Positions 18,718 to 38,600 of a stretch of 64,000 bases of DNA are shown here, piece after piece; within the stretch, counting starts at the first letter, position 1, and each line of letters begins with the position of its first letter. This DNA comes from Candidatus Eiseniibacteriota bacterium. Its GTDB lineage: Bacteria; Eisenbacteria; RBG-16-71-46; CAZAMP01. Position numbers and translations under genes: made by a program. The notes below the pieces were generated by a model. That model saw only the letters and a program-made list of their open reading frames with translations. It had not been told where the DNA came from and ran no database searches. The stretch lies in assembly GCA_965224245.1 (NCBI GenBank), contig OZ245046.1, positions 2,528,001 to 2,592,000 of the forward strand, read 5' to 3'.

Positions 18718-20771
18718 TCCGATCCTCCGAGTGCGGCGACTCGCTCGCCCGTGTCTTCGAAGTTCGGATCTTCGCGAAGGATGGACTCGAACAAGCGCAT
18801 CGCGTCGTCGGCCTCGCCGGCGCCTTCCAGCGACAGCGCGAGCTGGTAGCGCACCCCGAGCGACTCGGGCCGGAGCGCCAGTGCCGCGCGCAGCACGCGG
18901 GCCGCCTCCTCGAAGCGACCGACCTCGCGCAGGCACCGCCCCCAGAGCTCGCGCGACTCCGCCTCGAGCTCCGGATCGGTGCAGGCCTGCTCGAACGCCT
19001 CGGCTGCCTCCTCGTAGAGACCCATCTCGACGTGCGAGAGCCCCAGATCGTAGTGATCCTTCGGGGACGCGTCCGCCATGCTCGCCTTCAGCCCGTCGCG
19101 GAACTCGTTCAGGAGCGCACCGAGGTCGACCATGTCGTCCTCGCTGACCGTCGGCGCGTCATCGCGTACCTGGACGTTCGACACACCCCGCACGTCGAAG
19201 AGCGACTCGGGCTTCTTCGATGACACGGGCGCCGGCTCGTCGCCGGAGCCCGCCTCGGCCGCCGGGGCCGCCGGTCCACCGATCTCGGCCGCGAGCCGGT
19301 CGTACTGATCGCGGATCCGTCCCGCGGAGGGCTCGATCTCGAGGTAGGCCTCGAGCTGCGAGAGCGCGTCCTCGGGCCGCCCGTGATGGACGAGCGCACG
19401 TGCCATTCGCTCACGAAGATCCTGAGCGGAGAGAATATCCCCCTCGCGAATGTGCAGCTCAAGCAGTTTCTCCAGGACATCGAGGCGAACGGGATCCGCG
19501 CTCGAGAGAGCCTCGAGCGTGTCGGCCGCATCGGGCAGCTCGGCCCGGGCCCGCACCTCGGTGAGATCGGACGCGGTGGCCATCATGCTCCTGGGGCGCG
19601 GCTCGGGCATCGGCGTCTCGGTCAGCTCGAGCGATTCGGCGACCTCCGGCGACACCTCGCCCAGCGTGGGCTTCCACTCCAGCTCGGCCGACGGTGGCGA
19701 GTCGTCCTCGCTGAGCGCGGCGTCCAGATCGTAGAGGTGCTCACCGGGCTCGTCGGCACCCATGTCGAGCGCCCTGGGGTCGTGCGCATCGACACCGGTC
19801 GCGTCGAGCTCGATCACGCGCGCGTCGTCGGCAGGCTCCGTCCGATGAGAAGACGCCACCGACGGGTCGTCCGATCCGTCAGCGTCGCTCGTGAGCGGTG
19901 ACGCCATCTGCATCGAGGCGCCGTCGGAGAGAGCGCCGTCCATCGAGGGATCGATCGATCCCTCGCGATCGGACTCGAGGCTCTCGGGGTCGATCGCGCC
20001 GTACTCCAGCGCGGCGTCATCGCCGGCCTGGGCGTCACCGGCACCTGCGACCGTCTCGCTCCGCCGATCGGGCTCGAGATCCGGATCCGCCAGCGGCGCC
20101 GGACCGTCGGGCGACGGCTCCTCGGTGAACGCCCCGTTCACGTAGCTCGACGTCTCGGAGTCGAGCTCCTCGTCGCCTCCCGAGTGGAGCTGGCGCATCT
20201 GATCGGCCATCTCCAGGAGCACGTTCCGATCGGCTTCCGAGTCCGCGGACTCCGCTCCGCTCAGGAGCAGCGCGACCGCGACGGGCACGCGCTCCCATCG
20301 TACGAGGCACTCGGCCTGGCGCGTGAGCATCTCGGAGTTGCGTGGCTTCAGTCGGCCCAGCCGGTCCAGCCACTCGAGCGGCTCGCCGGTCTGCTCGAGC
20401 TGATCCTGCGTCTCGGCGTACTCCAGGTAGGCCGACACGGCATCCAGGACGAGCCCCTCTCGTTCGCAGAGCTCGGCCAGCAACAACAGAAAGCTGCTCT
20501 GCCCCGGATTGACCCTCAGCACCTTGCGACAGAGGGCGATTCCGTTCCGGTGCAGCGAGGCGTTTCGGTAGGCGGTGACGGCCCGCTCGTAGTGGCTGGT
20601 GGCCTCGCCGGCGCGGCCGCCCCGAATGCACAGGTCGCCCATCATGACGAGGTCGTACGGGTCGGTGCTGTCGCCCTGGACCAGACCCTCCAGCGCGCGA
20701 ATGGCGTCGAGAATCTTCCCGTCCTTCGCCAGCTGGCGGGCGCGCTTCTTGATTTCAGCGGGTTTCGCCAA
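18687..20771 (-). CDS. Tetratricopeptide-repeat protein with long acidic linker (SgmX-like architecture)
   Basis: TPR blocks at N-terminus (AIALCRKVLRVNP-like), middle and C-terminus (HYDLGLSHVEMGLYEEA), separated by D/E-rich linkers. Confidence 0.8.
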   Translation of the reverse strand: MAKPAEIKKRARQLAKDGKILDAIRALEGLVQGDSTDPYDLVMMGDLCIRGGRAGEATSHYERAVTAYRNASLHRNGIALCRKVLRVNPGQSSFLLLLAELCEREGLVLDAVSAYLEYAETQDQLEQTGEPLEWLDRLGRLKPRNSEMLTRQAECLVRWERVPVAVALLLSGAESADSEADRNVLLEMADQMRQLHSGGDEELDSETSSYVNGAFTEEPSPDGPAPLADPDLEPDRRSETVAGAGDAQAGDDAALEYGAIDPESLESDREGSIDPSMDGALSDGASMQMASPLTSDADGSDDPSVASSHRTEPADDARVIELDATGVDAHDPRALDMGADEPGEHLYDLDAALSEDDSPPSAELEWKPTLGEVSPEVAESLELTETPMPEPRPRSMMATASDLTEVRARAELPDAADTLEALSSADPVRLDVLEKLLELHIREGDILSAQDLRERMARALVHHGRPEDALSQLEAYLEIEPSAGRIRDQYDRLAAEIGGPAAPAAEAGSGDEPAPVSSKKPESLFDVRGVSNVQVRDDAPTVSEDDMVDLGALLNEFRDGLKASMADASPKDHYDLGLSHVEMGLYEEAAEAFEQACTDPELEAESRELWGRCLREVGRFEEAARVLRAALALRPESLGVRYQLALSLEGAGEADDAMRLFESILREDPNFEDTGERVAALGGSDCAKPGRASA

Positions 20772-21046
20772 TGTCGGTCCTTCCCGAGGGTGGGAATCGA
20801 GCTGCCTCGAAGAAACTATCGTTGAGTGGCCGATTTCCTGTAGTGCGACGGCCCCGGCACTTCACGCGGGGTCGGCCGATACGAGCCGTCGAGCGGCGAC
20901 GCGGCCGCGCCAACACCTTGCCCGATGCAGAAATGAAGCCTGGTGCCCCCCGGCGTCCGCCGCGGATGGGTCTGGGTAGACCGCCGAACCCCATGGTGCG
21001 TGGCGGACGGGCGGGGTCGTCTCGGATCCGCGGGCGACGCGGCGGA

Positions 21047-22342
21047 CTACGCGTCGGTGGTGTCGGGGTGGCTGGAGGCCGCCGGGAGCCGGCGCTGAGT
21101 GCGGCCGCCGATCAGGAGATCCCGGACGTGGCCGCTCCCGAACCAGTAGGCCAGCGTCCGGTGTGAGGCGACGGCGTGGACGGCCACGTCGGCCGCAAAG
21201 CCGGGGCGGAGCCGGCCGATCCGATCGCCGAGACCGCACGCGAACGCGGCGTTCCGGGTGGCCGCGGCCAGCGCCTCGATCGGACGCATGCGGAGCTGCG
21301 TACAGGCGAGCGACAGCACCATCTCCATCGAGTGACACATGCAGCTACCCGGGTTGAAGTCCGTGGCCAGCGCCACCGGCACGCCGGCGTCGATCAGTCG
21401 GCGCGCGGGCGCGTACTCCCGGCTGCCGAGGAAGTAGTTCACGCCCGGCATCAGAACGCCCACCACGCCGGCGGCGGCCAACGCGGACATCGCCTCGGGC
21501 GTCACCGCCTCCAGATGGTCGGCCGACACGGCACACAGCTCGGCGGCGAGCTCGCTCCCGCCGAGCGCGGTGAACTCGTCCACGTGGAGCTTGAGCCCGA
21601 GACCCGCCGAGCGGGCCGCGTCCAGGACTCGTCGCGCCTGCGCCACGTCGAACACGCCCTTCTCGATGAATATGTCGCAGAACCGGGCGATGCCTTGCTC
21701 GGCCACCGCCGGGATCATCTCGTCCACCAGGAGCGCCACGTAGCGCTCGGGCGATTCCCGGTGCTCGGGAGGGAACGAGTGCGCACCGAGGAACGTCGGG
21801 ACGAGCCGGAGCGGTGTCGTGCGTGAGAGGCGGTCGATGATCTCGAGCGCGCGGAGCTCGTGCTCGAGCGATAGCCCGTAGCCGGTCTTGCACTCGACGG
21901 TGCCCGTGCCGGACGCCGCCATGCGCAGGAGGCGGTCGCGGTTGAGCGCGAGGAGATCGTCGGTGGACATCTCCCGGAAGTGACGCACGCTGGAGTTGAT
22001 CCCGCCGCCCGCGGCCGCGATCTCGAGGTACGTCTTCCCCTCGATCCGCATCTCGAATTCGCGCTCTCGCCCCCCGGCGAACGGCACGTGGGTGTGACAG
22101 TCGACGTAGGCCGGCGTGACGACGCAGCCGCTGGCGTCCACGTGCGTGTCGGCCGATCGGCCGCCGAGCGCGGCCGCGACGTCCCCCGTGGAACCGACCC
22201 ACGTGATGACGCCGTCCTCGGCGATCAGGGCCCCGTTCTCGACGAGCCCGGCCTCGGCGAGGTCGGCACCGACCAGCGGGCCGTCTCCCCCGGCGAAGGT
22301 CAACAGCTCCGACGCACCCGACACGACGACGATCGAACTCAT
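21047..22342 (-). CDS. hutI: Imidazolonepropionase
   Basis: DCHTH, GGGI.SSV, ECKTGYGL, TFLGAH, HVDEF, SADHLE, ALATDFNPGS. Confidence 0.96.
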   Translation of the reverse strand: MSSIVVVSGASELLTFAGGDGPLVGADLAEAGLVENGALIAEDGVITWVGSTGDVAAALGGRSADTHVDASGCVVTPAYVDCHTHVPFAGGREREFEMRIEGKTYLEIAAAGGGINSSVRHFREMSTDDLLALNRDRLLRMAASGTGTVECKTGYGLSLEHELRALEIIDRLSRTTPLRLVPTFLGAHSFPPEHRESPERYVALLVDEMIPAVAEQGIARFCDIFIEKGVFDVAQARRVLDAARSAGLGLKLHVDEFTALGGSELAAELCAVSADHLEAVTPEAMSALAAAGVVGVLMPGVNYFLGSREYAPARRLIDAGVPVALATDFNPGSCMCHSMEMVLSLACTQLRMRPIEALAAATRNAAFACGLGDRIGRLRPGFAADVAVHAVASHRTLAYWFGSGHVRDLLIGGRTQRRLPAASSHPDTTDA

Positions 22343-22550
22343 CTCGGCACCCCGCTCGCTCGACACCGGCTTCACGACCGCGCCCGAGTCTCGCACGCAC
22401 GCGCGCACCGGACCAGCCGGATGTGCGCCGTGTGTCTCGAGTCTCGGCCTCTCGACGCCACCGACGCGAAACGGGCCGGGAGGCGGATCGAGCCGCCTCC
22501 CGGCCACGGTCGGGCTTGGAATGTCGCCGCCGGAACGCCGGCGGCCTTTC

Positions 22551-23705
22551 TCACCGTGCGAGGATCGCCCGGGCGGCCGTCGAGGCACCGCCGGCGGTCT
22601 CGAGGCGATAGTAGTAGACACCGTTCGGCAGCTCGACGCCGGCGGTGTTGCGGCCGTCCCAGTCGGCCTCGAAGCCGACCGCGGTCCGCTCGGCCGACAG
22701 CATCCGGACGCGGCGTCCGCGGGCGTCGTACACCGTGAACCGCGCGCCACCCTCGGTCTCGCCGTCCAGCGCCGCGCCGAGACGCGTCGTCACGCGGAAC
22801 GGGTTCGGCGCGCTCCCCAGCGCCGCGCGGGTCACCGCGGGAGCCGCTGACGAGGAGTCGACACCGAGAATGAGATCCGAGAGCCAGACCTCGAACGTCC
22901 CCGACTCGTCCGAGACGTACGCGTAGCGATCCCCGAGCGGCGACCAGGCCGGCATCGACTCGGACGTCGCGAAGTCGTTCAGCACGACCGTCGGCATGCC
23001 GCCGGTGACCGGGACGGAATAGAGATCCCAGCTGCCGGTGTAGAAGCTCGCGAAGAGGAGGCTCTGGCTGTCCGGCGTCCACGACGGCGTGGCCTCGGCC
23101 TCGGTGCCCCCGGTGAGCTCGATGGGAAGCCCGCCCGACACGTCGACGATGGCGATGTTGGAGCCGGCGACGCCGCGCCGGTACGCGATCCACTGGCCGT
23201 CGGGCGACCAGTCCAGATCCATCTCCTCGTCGGCGTCGAACGTGAGCTGGGTGTGGGTGTCCACGACGCGATCGTAGATCCAGATGTCCCGGTCGCCGCC
23301 CCGATCGGTGGAGTAGGCGATCTGGGTCCCATCCGGCGAGAAGGTCGGGCTCCGGTCGAAGCCCGGGGTGTGGATGACGCGCGTGGCGGATCCGCCGGGG
23401 ACGCCGATGACGTAGATGTCGTCCGTGCCGGCCGCGCTCGACGTGAACGCGATCTCGGTGCCGTCCGGCGACCACTCCGGATCCCACTCCAGACCCGGGT
23501 TCGTGGTCACGGCCATCGGGGCGCCGCCGCCGGCGCTCACGACCCAGAGATCACCGTCGTCGGCGAAGACGACGAAGCTGCCAGACGGCGACCAGGCCGG
23601 AACCTGTCCGCCGGCCGTCGTGAGCTGCGTGGCAGCGCTCGCGGAGAGCGCGAAGGTCAGGGGCGCGAGCATCGTCGCGAGTCCGAGGGTGCGGGCGTTA
23701 GACAC
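22551..23705 (-). CDS. Secreted TolB-like (PD40 repeat) beta-propeller with C-terminal FlgD-Ig/T9SS-type sorting domain
   Basis: Signal peptide; six P.WSPDG-type repeats; C-terminal APNPF...VYDARGRRVR...WDGRN.AG..LPNGVYYYRL. Confidence 0.85.
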   Translation of the reverse strand: MSNARTLGLATMLAPLTFALSASAATQLTTAGGQVPAWSPSGSFVVFADDGDLWVVSAGGGAPMAVTTNPGLEWDPEWSPDGTEIAFTSSAAGTDDIYVIGVPGGSATRVIHTPGFDRSPTFSPDGTQIAYSTDRGGDRDIWIYDRVVDTHTQLTFDADEEMDLDWSPDGQWIAYRRGVAGSNIAIVDVSGGLPIELTGGTEAEATPSWTPDSQSLLFASFYTGSWDLYSVPVTGGMPTVVLNDFATSESMPAWSPLGDRYAYVSDESGTFEVWLSDLILGVDSSSAAPAVTRAALGSAPNPFRVTTRLGAALDGETEGGARFTVYDARGRRVRMLSAERTAVGFEADWDGRNTAGVELPNGVYYYRLETAGGASTAARAILAR

Positions 23706-23884
23706 GGGATACCTCCTCGAGCGGGTTGATGGTTCTCGGTCTCGTGAGAACCAGACGCCCGCTCGGCTCCGACCGAACGCTGAACGGCCTCAAAAAACGC
23801 GGGGAAATGCCGGAGGGCGCGGTGGCGATCGACGCCCCCACGCCCCCTGGCTTACATGTCGTTATTTCAGAACGTCTTATGCGA

Positions 23885-25555
23885 TCAGTCGTCACCCATC
23901 GGCAATCGCACGCCGCTCTCCCGGGCGCACGCGATGGCCTCATCGTACCCGGCGTCGGCATGCCGGATGACCCCCATGCCGGGGTCGGCCGTCAGCACGC
24001 GCTGGAGCTTCCGGCCGGCGAGATCGGTGCCGTCGGCCACCGTAACCATGCCCGCGTGGATGGAGTTGCCGATGCCGACCCCTCCCCCGTGGTGGAGGCT
24101 CACCCAGGATGCCCCGCAGGCCGTGTTGACCATCGCGTTCAGGAGCGGCCAGTCCGCGATGGCGTCGGTGCCGTCCTTCATGCCCTCGGTCTCGCGATAC
24201 GGGCTGGCCACCGAGCCGCAGTCCAGGTGATCGCGCCCGATGACGATCGGAGCCGAGATCTCGCCTTTGGCCACGAGCCGGTTCACCACCTCGCCGAACC
24301 TCTCGCGCTCGCCGTATCCGAGCCAGCAGATGCGCGCCGGGAGCCCCTGGAACTGCACGCGCTCGGCGGCCATCGGAATCCAGCGACGGAGCACGGGGTC
24401 GTCGGGGAACGTCTCCAGGATCGCGCGGTCGGTCCGATGGATGTCCGTTGGATCGCCCGAGAGCGCGACCCAGCGGAATGGGCCCTTTCCGCGGCAGAAC
24501 AGCGGCCGCACGTACGCGGGCACGAACCCGGGAAAGTCGAACGCGTTCTCCACGCCGGCCTTCCTCGCCTGTCCGCGGAGGTTGTTGCCGTAGTCGAACA
24601 CCACCGAGCCCCTGGCCATCAGATCCAGCATCGCGCGGCAGTGCGCGGCCATGGACTCGTACGACATCGCGACGTAGCGCTCGGGATCCGACGTGCGCAT
24701 CTCGATCGCCGTCTCGAACGACACGCCGGCGGGCACGTATCCCTCGAGCGCGTCGTGGGCGGAGGTCTGATCGGTCACGTAGTGCGGCGTGAACCCGCGG
24801 CGCACGATCTCGGGGTGCGTCTCCGCGGCGTTTCCGACCAGCCCGATCGAGAGCGCGCGGCCGTCGGCCGCGGCCGCCTCGGCCCGCGCGATGGCGTCGT
24901 CGAGCGAGTCGGCCTCCTCGTCCAGGTAGCGCGTCTCGAGGCGTCGCCGGAGCCGTGCCGGATCCACCTCGACGCAGATGCACACGCCGCCGTTCATCGT
25001 GATGGCCAGCGGCTGGGCCCCGCCCATGCCGCCCAGACCGGCGGTCAGCGTGATCGTGCCCGAGAGCGTGCCGTTCGTGTGCTGGTTGGCGGCCTCGGCG
25101 AACGTCTCGAACGTGCCCTGGAGAATGCCCTGGGTTCCGATGTAGATCCACGATCCGGCCGTCATCTGACCGTACATCGTGAGACCGTCGGCCTCGAGCT
25201 TGCGGAAGGTCTCCCAGTCGGCCCACGCCGGCACGAGATGCGAGTTCGCGATCAGCACGCGCGGCGACCACGGGTGCGTCCGGAACACGCCGACCGGCTT
25301 CCCGGACTGGACGAGGAGCGTCTCGTCGTCCTCGAGACGCTCGAGCGAGCGCACGATCGCGTGGAACGCGTCCCACGAGCGTGCGGCGCGGCCGGTGCCG
25401 CCGTACACGATCAGCCGCTCGGGGTCCTCGGCCACGTCGGGGTCGAGGTTGTTCATGATCATGCGCTTGGCCGCTTCCTGGGGCCAGCTCTTGCAGCTCA
25501 GGGACGTGCCGCGGGGTGCGCGGACCGGCGCGTGCGGCGTCTTCGTCGGGCTCAT
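23885..25555 (-). CDS. hutU: Urocanate hydratase
   Basis: [47 protein letters not shown] 25555 with RBS ggagg. Confidence 0.98.
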   Translation of the reverse strand: MSPTKTPHAPVRAPRGTSLSCKSWPQEAAKRMIMNNLDPDVAEDPERLIVYGGTGRAARSWDAFHAIVRSLERLEDDETLLVQSGKPVGVFRTHPWSPRVLIANSHLVPAWADWETFRKLEADGLTMYGQMTAGSWIYIGTQGILQGTFETFAEAANQHTNGTLSGTITLTAGLGGMGGAQPLAITMNGGVCICVEVDPARLRRRLETRYLDEEADSLDDAIARAEAAAADGRALSIGLVGNAAETHPEIVRRGFTPHYVTDQTSAHDALEGYVPAGVSFETAIEMRTSDPERYVAMSYESMAAHCRAMLDLMARGSVVFDYGNNLRGQARKAGVENAFDFPGFVPAYVRPLFCRGKGPFRWVALSGDPTDIHRTDRAILETFPDDPVLRRWIPMAAERVQFQGLPARICWLGYGERERFGEVVNRLVAKGEISAPIVIGRDHLDCGSVASPYRETEGMKDGTDAIADWPLLNAMVNTACGASWVSLHHGGGVGIGNSIHAGMVTVADGTDLAGRKLQRVLTADPGMGVIRHADAGYDEAIACARESGVRLPMGDD

Positions 25556-25660
25556 GACATCCTCCATCGCGAGACGATGCCGCCGAGGATACCAGATCGC
25601 GGGAGGGCGACGGCCGGGACGTTCGGTAGGCCGACTTCACCTCGCCCCAGCTCTGCGGTC

Positions 25661-33742
<8,082 letters not shown>

Positions 33743-33915
33743 CTGGTCTCCTCAATCCGCTGCGGACGTCCCTCGCGGCGGCCCGTCCGCCCCGATCGAG
33801 CGGCCGGTAGCGTAGCAGCTCCAAGACGTTCCGTCAGCGACCCGCCGCCCGGGGAGCCCCGGGGCACGGCTCGACCGCACGCCGGCACCCGAGAACGCCG
33901 GGACCGGACCGACGC

Positions 33916-35658
33916 TCAGTAGCTCCCGAGAATCGACAGGTGGACGCGTAGCTCCTCGTAGGACGTGATCTCGTCGTTGCCCGCGAGATCCACGCCGACG
34001 AGCCCGACCCGGCTCCGGACCCTCATCCCGACGCCGATCCCGATCTTCCAGCGATCGTCCCCGACACCGAGCGAGCGGTCCGGATCGAAGTAGCCGGTGT
34101 CCACGAACAGATGCACGCGCGAGGCTCCGGCGTCCAGGTAGCGACGCGCCTCGAGCGTGAGCACGCCACCGAGATCGGTGCGGAACCGCCCCTCCTCGAA
34201 GCCCCGCAGCGACGTGGCGCCCCCCACGCGAAACGCCGTCTCGGCGCGAATGCGCTGGCCGGGGGACTCGCGCAGGTAGCTCACTCCCTCCACGAACAGC
34301 GTGCGCGCACCCCACACGCGCTCGCCGCCGATTCGCGACTCGAGGGTGGTGACGTCGCGCGTGGCGCGTGTCCCGTCGCGCAGGCGATCCCGTTCGGTGC
34401 CGCGCGTGGCGGTGACGTCGACGAATGCGCCTCCACGACCGCGCACGACGTCCCGGCCGTTCCACCCGAAGCCGAATCGGTTCCCTCGACGTTCGGTCTC
34501 CTCTAGCTCACCGACCGGACGGGACGACTGCTCGACCTGCCACCCGGTCCGGAGCTCGACGCGTTCGGTGAGCGCGACGCTGACGTCCAGCCGCCAGTCG
34601 GTGCGCGTGTACAGCGTATCTTCCTGATCCTGGTGGAACCCCGCGTCCAGCGCGACGGGCCAGCCGGCGATCCAGGGCTCGCGATAGTCGATCTCGTACG
34701 TGGCGCGGCCCTGCCCGCGTCCCTCCCAGCGCGCGTGAAAGCGCCGGGCGGTTCCGAAGAGGTTGTCGAGGCGCACGTCGAAGAGCCCGGTCAGCTCGCG
34801 ATCCCGTCCGCCGACCCCCAGGATCCCGTGTATCGTCGTGAACGGCTTCTCGGTGACGGTGAGGGTCAGGATGCCGTCACGGACGGCGTCGCCGGGATCG
34901 CCGCCGACGAGGAGCGAGGGCGGGGCGACGTCCAGGAAGAGCCCCGAGCGCGCGAGGCGTTCGCGATAGAGCGGGATCAGCGACTCGCGATAGCGGGCCC
35001 CGGGCCGAAAGCGACAGAGCCGGTATACGGTGGACGGCCGCGTCACCTCGAGACCGTCCACGTGGAGCGAGTCGATCCGGACGACCGGCCCGGGGTCGAT
35101 GGCGACGCGGTACGACATCACCGACTCGTCGCGAACGAAGTCGGTGGCGGTGGCGCTCGCGAACGGAAAGCCGGCCTCGACCAGCGCGGCCACGTAGCCG
35201 CCGAGGCCGCGGTCGATCTCGTCGAACGTGGTCAGCTCGACCTCGAACCGTTCGGGCTCCACGGCTCGGGCCCACTCGGCGTCCGGCAGCCCGTCGATGC
35301 GCGGCGCCTGGATCCGGACCGGTGCGCCCGCGTCGATCGTGAGGACGAGGTCGTCGTCCTCACGCCGAAGCTCGAGGCGTGCGTCGAGGTAGCCCTCCAG
35401 CACCACACGCTCGGTCAGCCGCTCCAGACGACTCACGACGACGGCCGAATCGGCGATCCCGCGCTCGGTGACGCCCAGGAGCGCGTCCAGCTCGTCCACC
35501 GGGACCACGAGATCACCCCGGTAGACGAGCCCGCCGGCCACGGCGGGAGCGGACGCCCCCACGAGGCCGACCACCGCGGCCAGGGCGACGCCCGCGACGG
35601 CGGCGCGCCTGGCCACCTCTCCGTTTACGCCGCGACCGACGCGGCGCGTCGTCGGCAC
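33916..35658 (-). CDS. Omp85 (BamA/TamA-family) outer-membrane protein with POTRA domains
   Basis: GYLDA and GFPFA POTRA motifs, NLFGT, YREPW, GGATSLRGF (VRGF/Y loop 6), aromatic C-terminus; start uncertain (35658 or 35616). Confidence 0.85.
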   Translation of the reverse strand: MPTTRRVGRGVNGEVARRAAVAGVALAAVVGLVGASAPAVAGGLVYRGDLVVPVDELDALLGVTERGIADSAVVVSRLERLTERVVLEGYLDARLELRREDDDLVLTIDAGAPVRIQAPRIDGLPDAEWARAVEPERFEVELTTFDEIDRGLGGYVAALVEAGFPFASATATDFVRDESVMSYRVAIDPGPVVRIDSLHVDGLEVTRPSTVYRLCRFRPGARYRESLIPLYRERLARSGLFLDVAPPSLLVGGDPGDAVRDGILTLTVTEKPFTTIHGILGVGGRDRELTGLFDVRLDNLFGTARRFHARWEGRGQGRATYEIDYREPWIAGWPVALDAGFHQDQEDTLYTRTDWRLDVSVALTERVELRTGWQVEQSSRPVGELEETERRGNRFGFGWNGRDVVRGRGGAFVDVTATRGTERDRLRDGTRATRDVTTLESRIGGERVWGARTLFVEGVSYLRESPGQRIRAETAFRVGGATSLRGFEEGRFRTDLGGVLTLEARRYLDAGASRVHLFVDTGYFDPDRSLGVGDDRWKIGIGVGMRVRSRVGLVGVDLAGNDEITSYEELRVHLSILGSY

Positions 35659-35659
35659 A

Positions 35660-38600
35660 TCAGAAGTACGCACGTAGCTCCATCCGTCCATCGTATCTCG
35701 TGCTCGCCCCTCGCGGGCGCGCGGCCCGGAGCGTTCCCGCGAGGGTCAGGTACTCGCGAAGGCGGACGTCCGCCACCGCGGACCACTCGACTCCGCTGGC
35801 GTTCGCCAGCCCGAACGCGAACGTGGGGTACACGCGGTCGAGGCGGTCTCGGACCTCCACCCAGGTCACGCTGAGCTGGATCCGTCCCCACCGCGACGGG
35901 GTCACGTTGACCGTGGGCGTCAGCGTGACGCGGGTCTCGCGCCCGTCGCGCCCGGGCGACTCGGTGCCACCCCACGACGCGCCGAGCGAGACCCGCCACA
36001 GGCTCGTCGGCTGATAGACGCTCTCCCCCTCCAGCCGGGTCGTGTCGAACACCTCCTCGGACGTGGCCGACGACGTCGAGTCGCTCACGGTCACGACGTC
36101 GGCGTTGCGCTCGTACACGCCGTCCAGCCCGAACGACCACCGCTCGCGGGGAACGGCCCGTACCCCGGCGGTCACGACGTCCTGCTCCCTCCACTCGGCC
36201 ACGTTCTCGAATCGGCCGTCGAAGCTCCGGTAGCGCTCCCAGCGCCCGCGCGGCGAGAAGCGCTCGGCCGGAAGGAACGTCAGCTCGTGCCGCATCGTCG
36301 AGGCGGACGTCGCGCTGTTCGGTCCGGTGGCGTAGAGATCGCCGGAGAGCGGGTTGATCAGGCGGGAGAACGGGAGATCGGTGGTCTGGTCGACGCGGAC
36401 GAAGCTCGTCACGCGCACCTGGCGCATCAGGAACGAGGCATCGGGTTCGTTTCGTCCCGCGAACGAGGCACGCACGGCCAGATCCAGCCGGGAGAGCAGC
36501 TCCTCCTCGTCGGCCTCGGTGATGGCGACGTCGTAGTCGCCGGTGCCCACGAAGATACCGAACATGTCGTAGTTCCCCGTGCCGGGCGCGACCGGGGTGA
36601 TGGTCTTGATGCGCGGGCGGAACGCCTCGGTCGTCACCCGGTAGTCGACGCGCGCGCGAAACGCCCCCTGCCAGGGCTCGGCGTCTAGCGCGAGACGCGC
36701 GAGGTCGGTGGAGCCGCCGGCGGCCGCGCCGGTCGCGTCGACGCGCCGGTGCCGGTACTCGAGCTGCCCGCCCACGAACGACCAGCGGGTCAGCGAGAGC
36801 TGCGTGCCGGTCTCGCGCGTGGTCCGCTCGCGCGCCCAGTCGCGCGACGGGCGGTCCGGCGCGCCGCGGGTGTCGTCTCGACGTTCGGAGACGTCGACGT
36901 CGAGCCGGAGGGGACCGGTCGGCGCGACCCCGAGGAGCGCCCGGAGCTCCACGAACCGCGAGCCGGTCGACGTGGTGTCGGTCTCCGCATCGGTACGCTC
37001 GTGGCGAAGTCGCAGCTCGGGGCGAAGGGCGCGCCAGCGGTAGCGCGTGCTCGCCCTGGCCACGTCGCGCCGGCCGCTCGTGCCCGCCTCGGGCCGGCGC
37101 GACCACGTCCGGCGCACATCGGCATCGCCGGAGAGCCGGCCCGCACGTCGAACACTGGCCGATACCCGCTCGGCGTCGAACGCACGCCCGCTGCGCAGGC
37201 GCGCGGCCTCGACCGACAGCGCACTGCCGTCTCCCGCGTCCACCTCGATCGCGGCCGATGCCCGGTCGTCCCCGTCGGTGAGTCCCGTGGGGTCGTAGTT
37301 CCAGTCCAGGTAGTCGAACGAGTCGTTGATCCGGGAGAACGCTTCGAAGTCCCTCGAGATCGAGCGCCACTTCCCGCGCAATCGCACGCCGCCCGCGTCG
37401 TCCGCCCACGTCGGCCCGTGGAGCACCATCTCCGCCCGGCCGGCGAGGCCGTCGTTGTCGCCGTCGTCACGCGCGGAGAACGTGTTCTCGTCGACGCGGC
37501 TCGCGGCCAGCTCGCTGGAGAGCGTGAGCCGGGGCAGCGTCCAGCCCAGCTCGAGATCCACGAGATCGTGCGACCGGGGACTGTCGAGCCGCCGGCCGGG
37601 CTCGAAGTCGCCCACGCCCTCCCCACGGAACAGGTAGGCCACCGATCCATCGGCGAGCGTGGAATCGACGTACGCCCCGAGCCCGTCGCCCACGCGCACG
37701 AAGCTCACCAGGAGGTTCCCGTTCTGCTCGAAGCCGACCCACTGGAAGTGCCGGGGCGCCTCCGCGTCCGCGGCCACCTCGACGTAGTCGCCCTCACCCA
37801 CCGCGACCTCTCGCACCGCGAACGCCTCGCCGATCGGCTCCTCGTCGCCGAGCGAGGCCAGGAGGTCCTTCTCGTCGTCGTCCAGCGTGAAGCCGCGCGG
37901 CGCGTCCCGATCGTCGGTCTCGGACGCGGCGAAGGCGCGTATCGAGAAGACGTCGCCCGATCGGTAGCCGGCGCGCCCCGCGGCGAAGCCCCGGCGGTAG
38001 CTCTCGGTCTCCACCTCGAAGTCCACGGTGATTCGCGAGTCGAACGTGACCGCGCGACGGGGCATGAACGTGAGCTCGCCGAGCTCGTAGTCGATCACGT
38101 AGTCACGGCTCTCACCCCGCGAGAGCCGCTCGCCGTCCAGGACGACCTCCTCGGAGCCGGGCACGATCGTCACGATCGTGCCCCCGGCCAGGTCTCCGAT
38201 CCGGTAGGGCCCCTGTCGCCCCTCGATGCCGAAGAACTCGACGCTGCGGAACTCGCCGCGTGCGTTCGCAACCACCCCGAGGACGTCGGTGCGCTCGCCG
38301 GTCCGCTCGACCTCGGCCCCCTCGAGGCGGCGCTCGTAGCGGGCGAACTGACCGTCGGTCTGGGAGACCTCGATGTCGCCGAACGTCGCTCGTGCGTTTC
38401 GCGTCTCCAGCTGCACCAGGACCTTGTCGAGCTCCTCGAGCTCGCTCGACGTGCCCTCGGGGGTCACCGGCGAGTCGCGATCGCTGAGCACCGCCTGGAT
38501 GCTCACCTCGGGAGACAGCCGACCGCGGATGGAGAGATCCAGGCTCTGGCGGAGCGCGGCGTCACCATTGGACGCCACCTCCACCGCGAACGTCTTGCTT

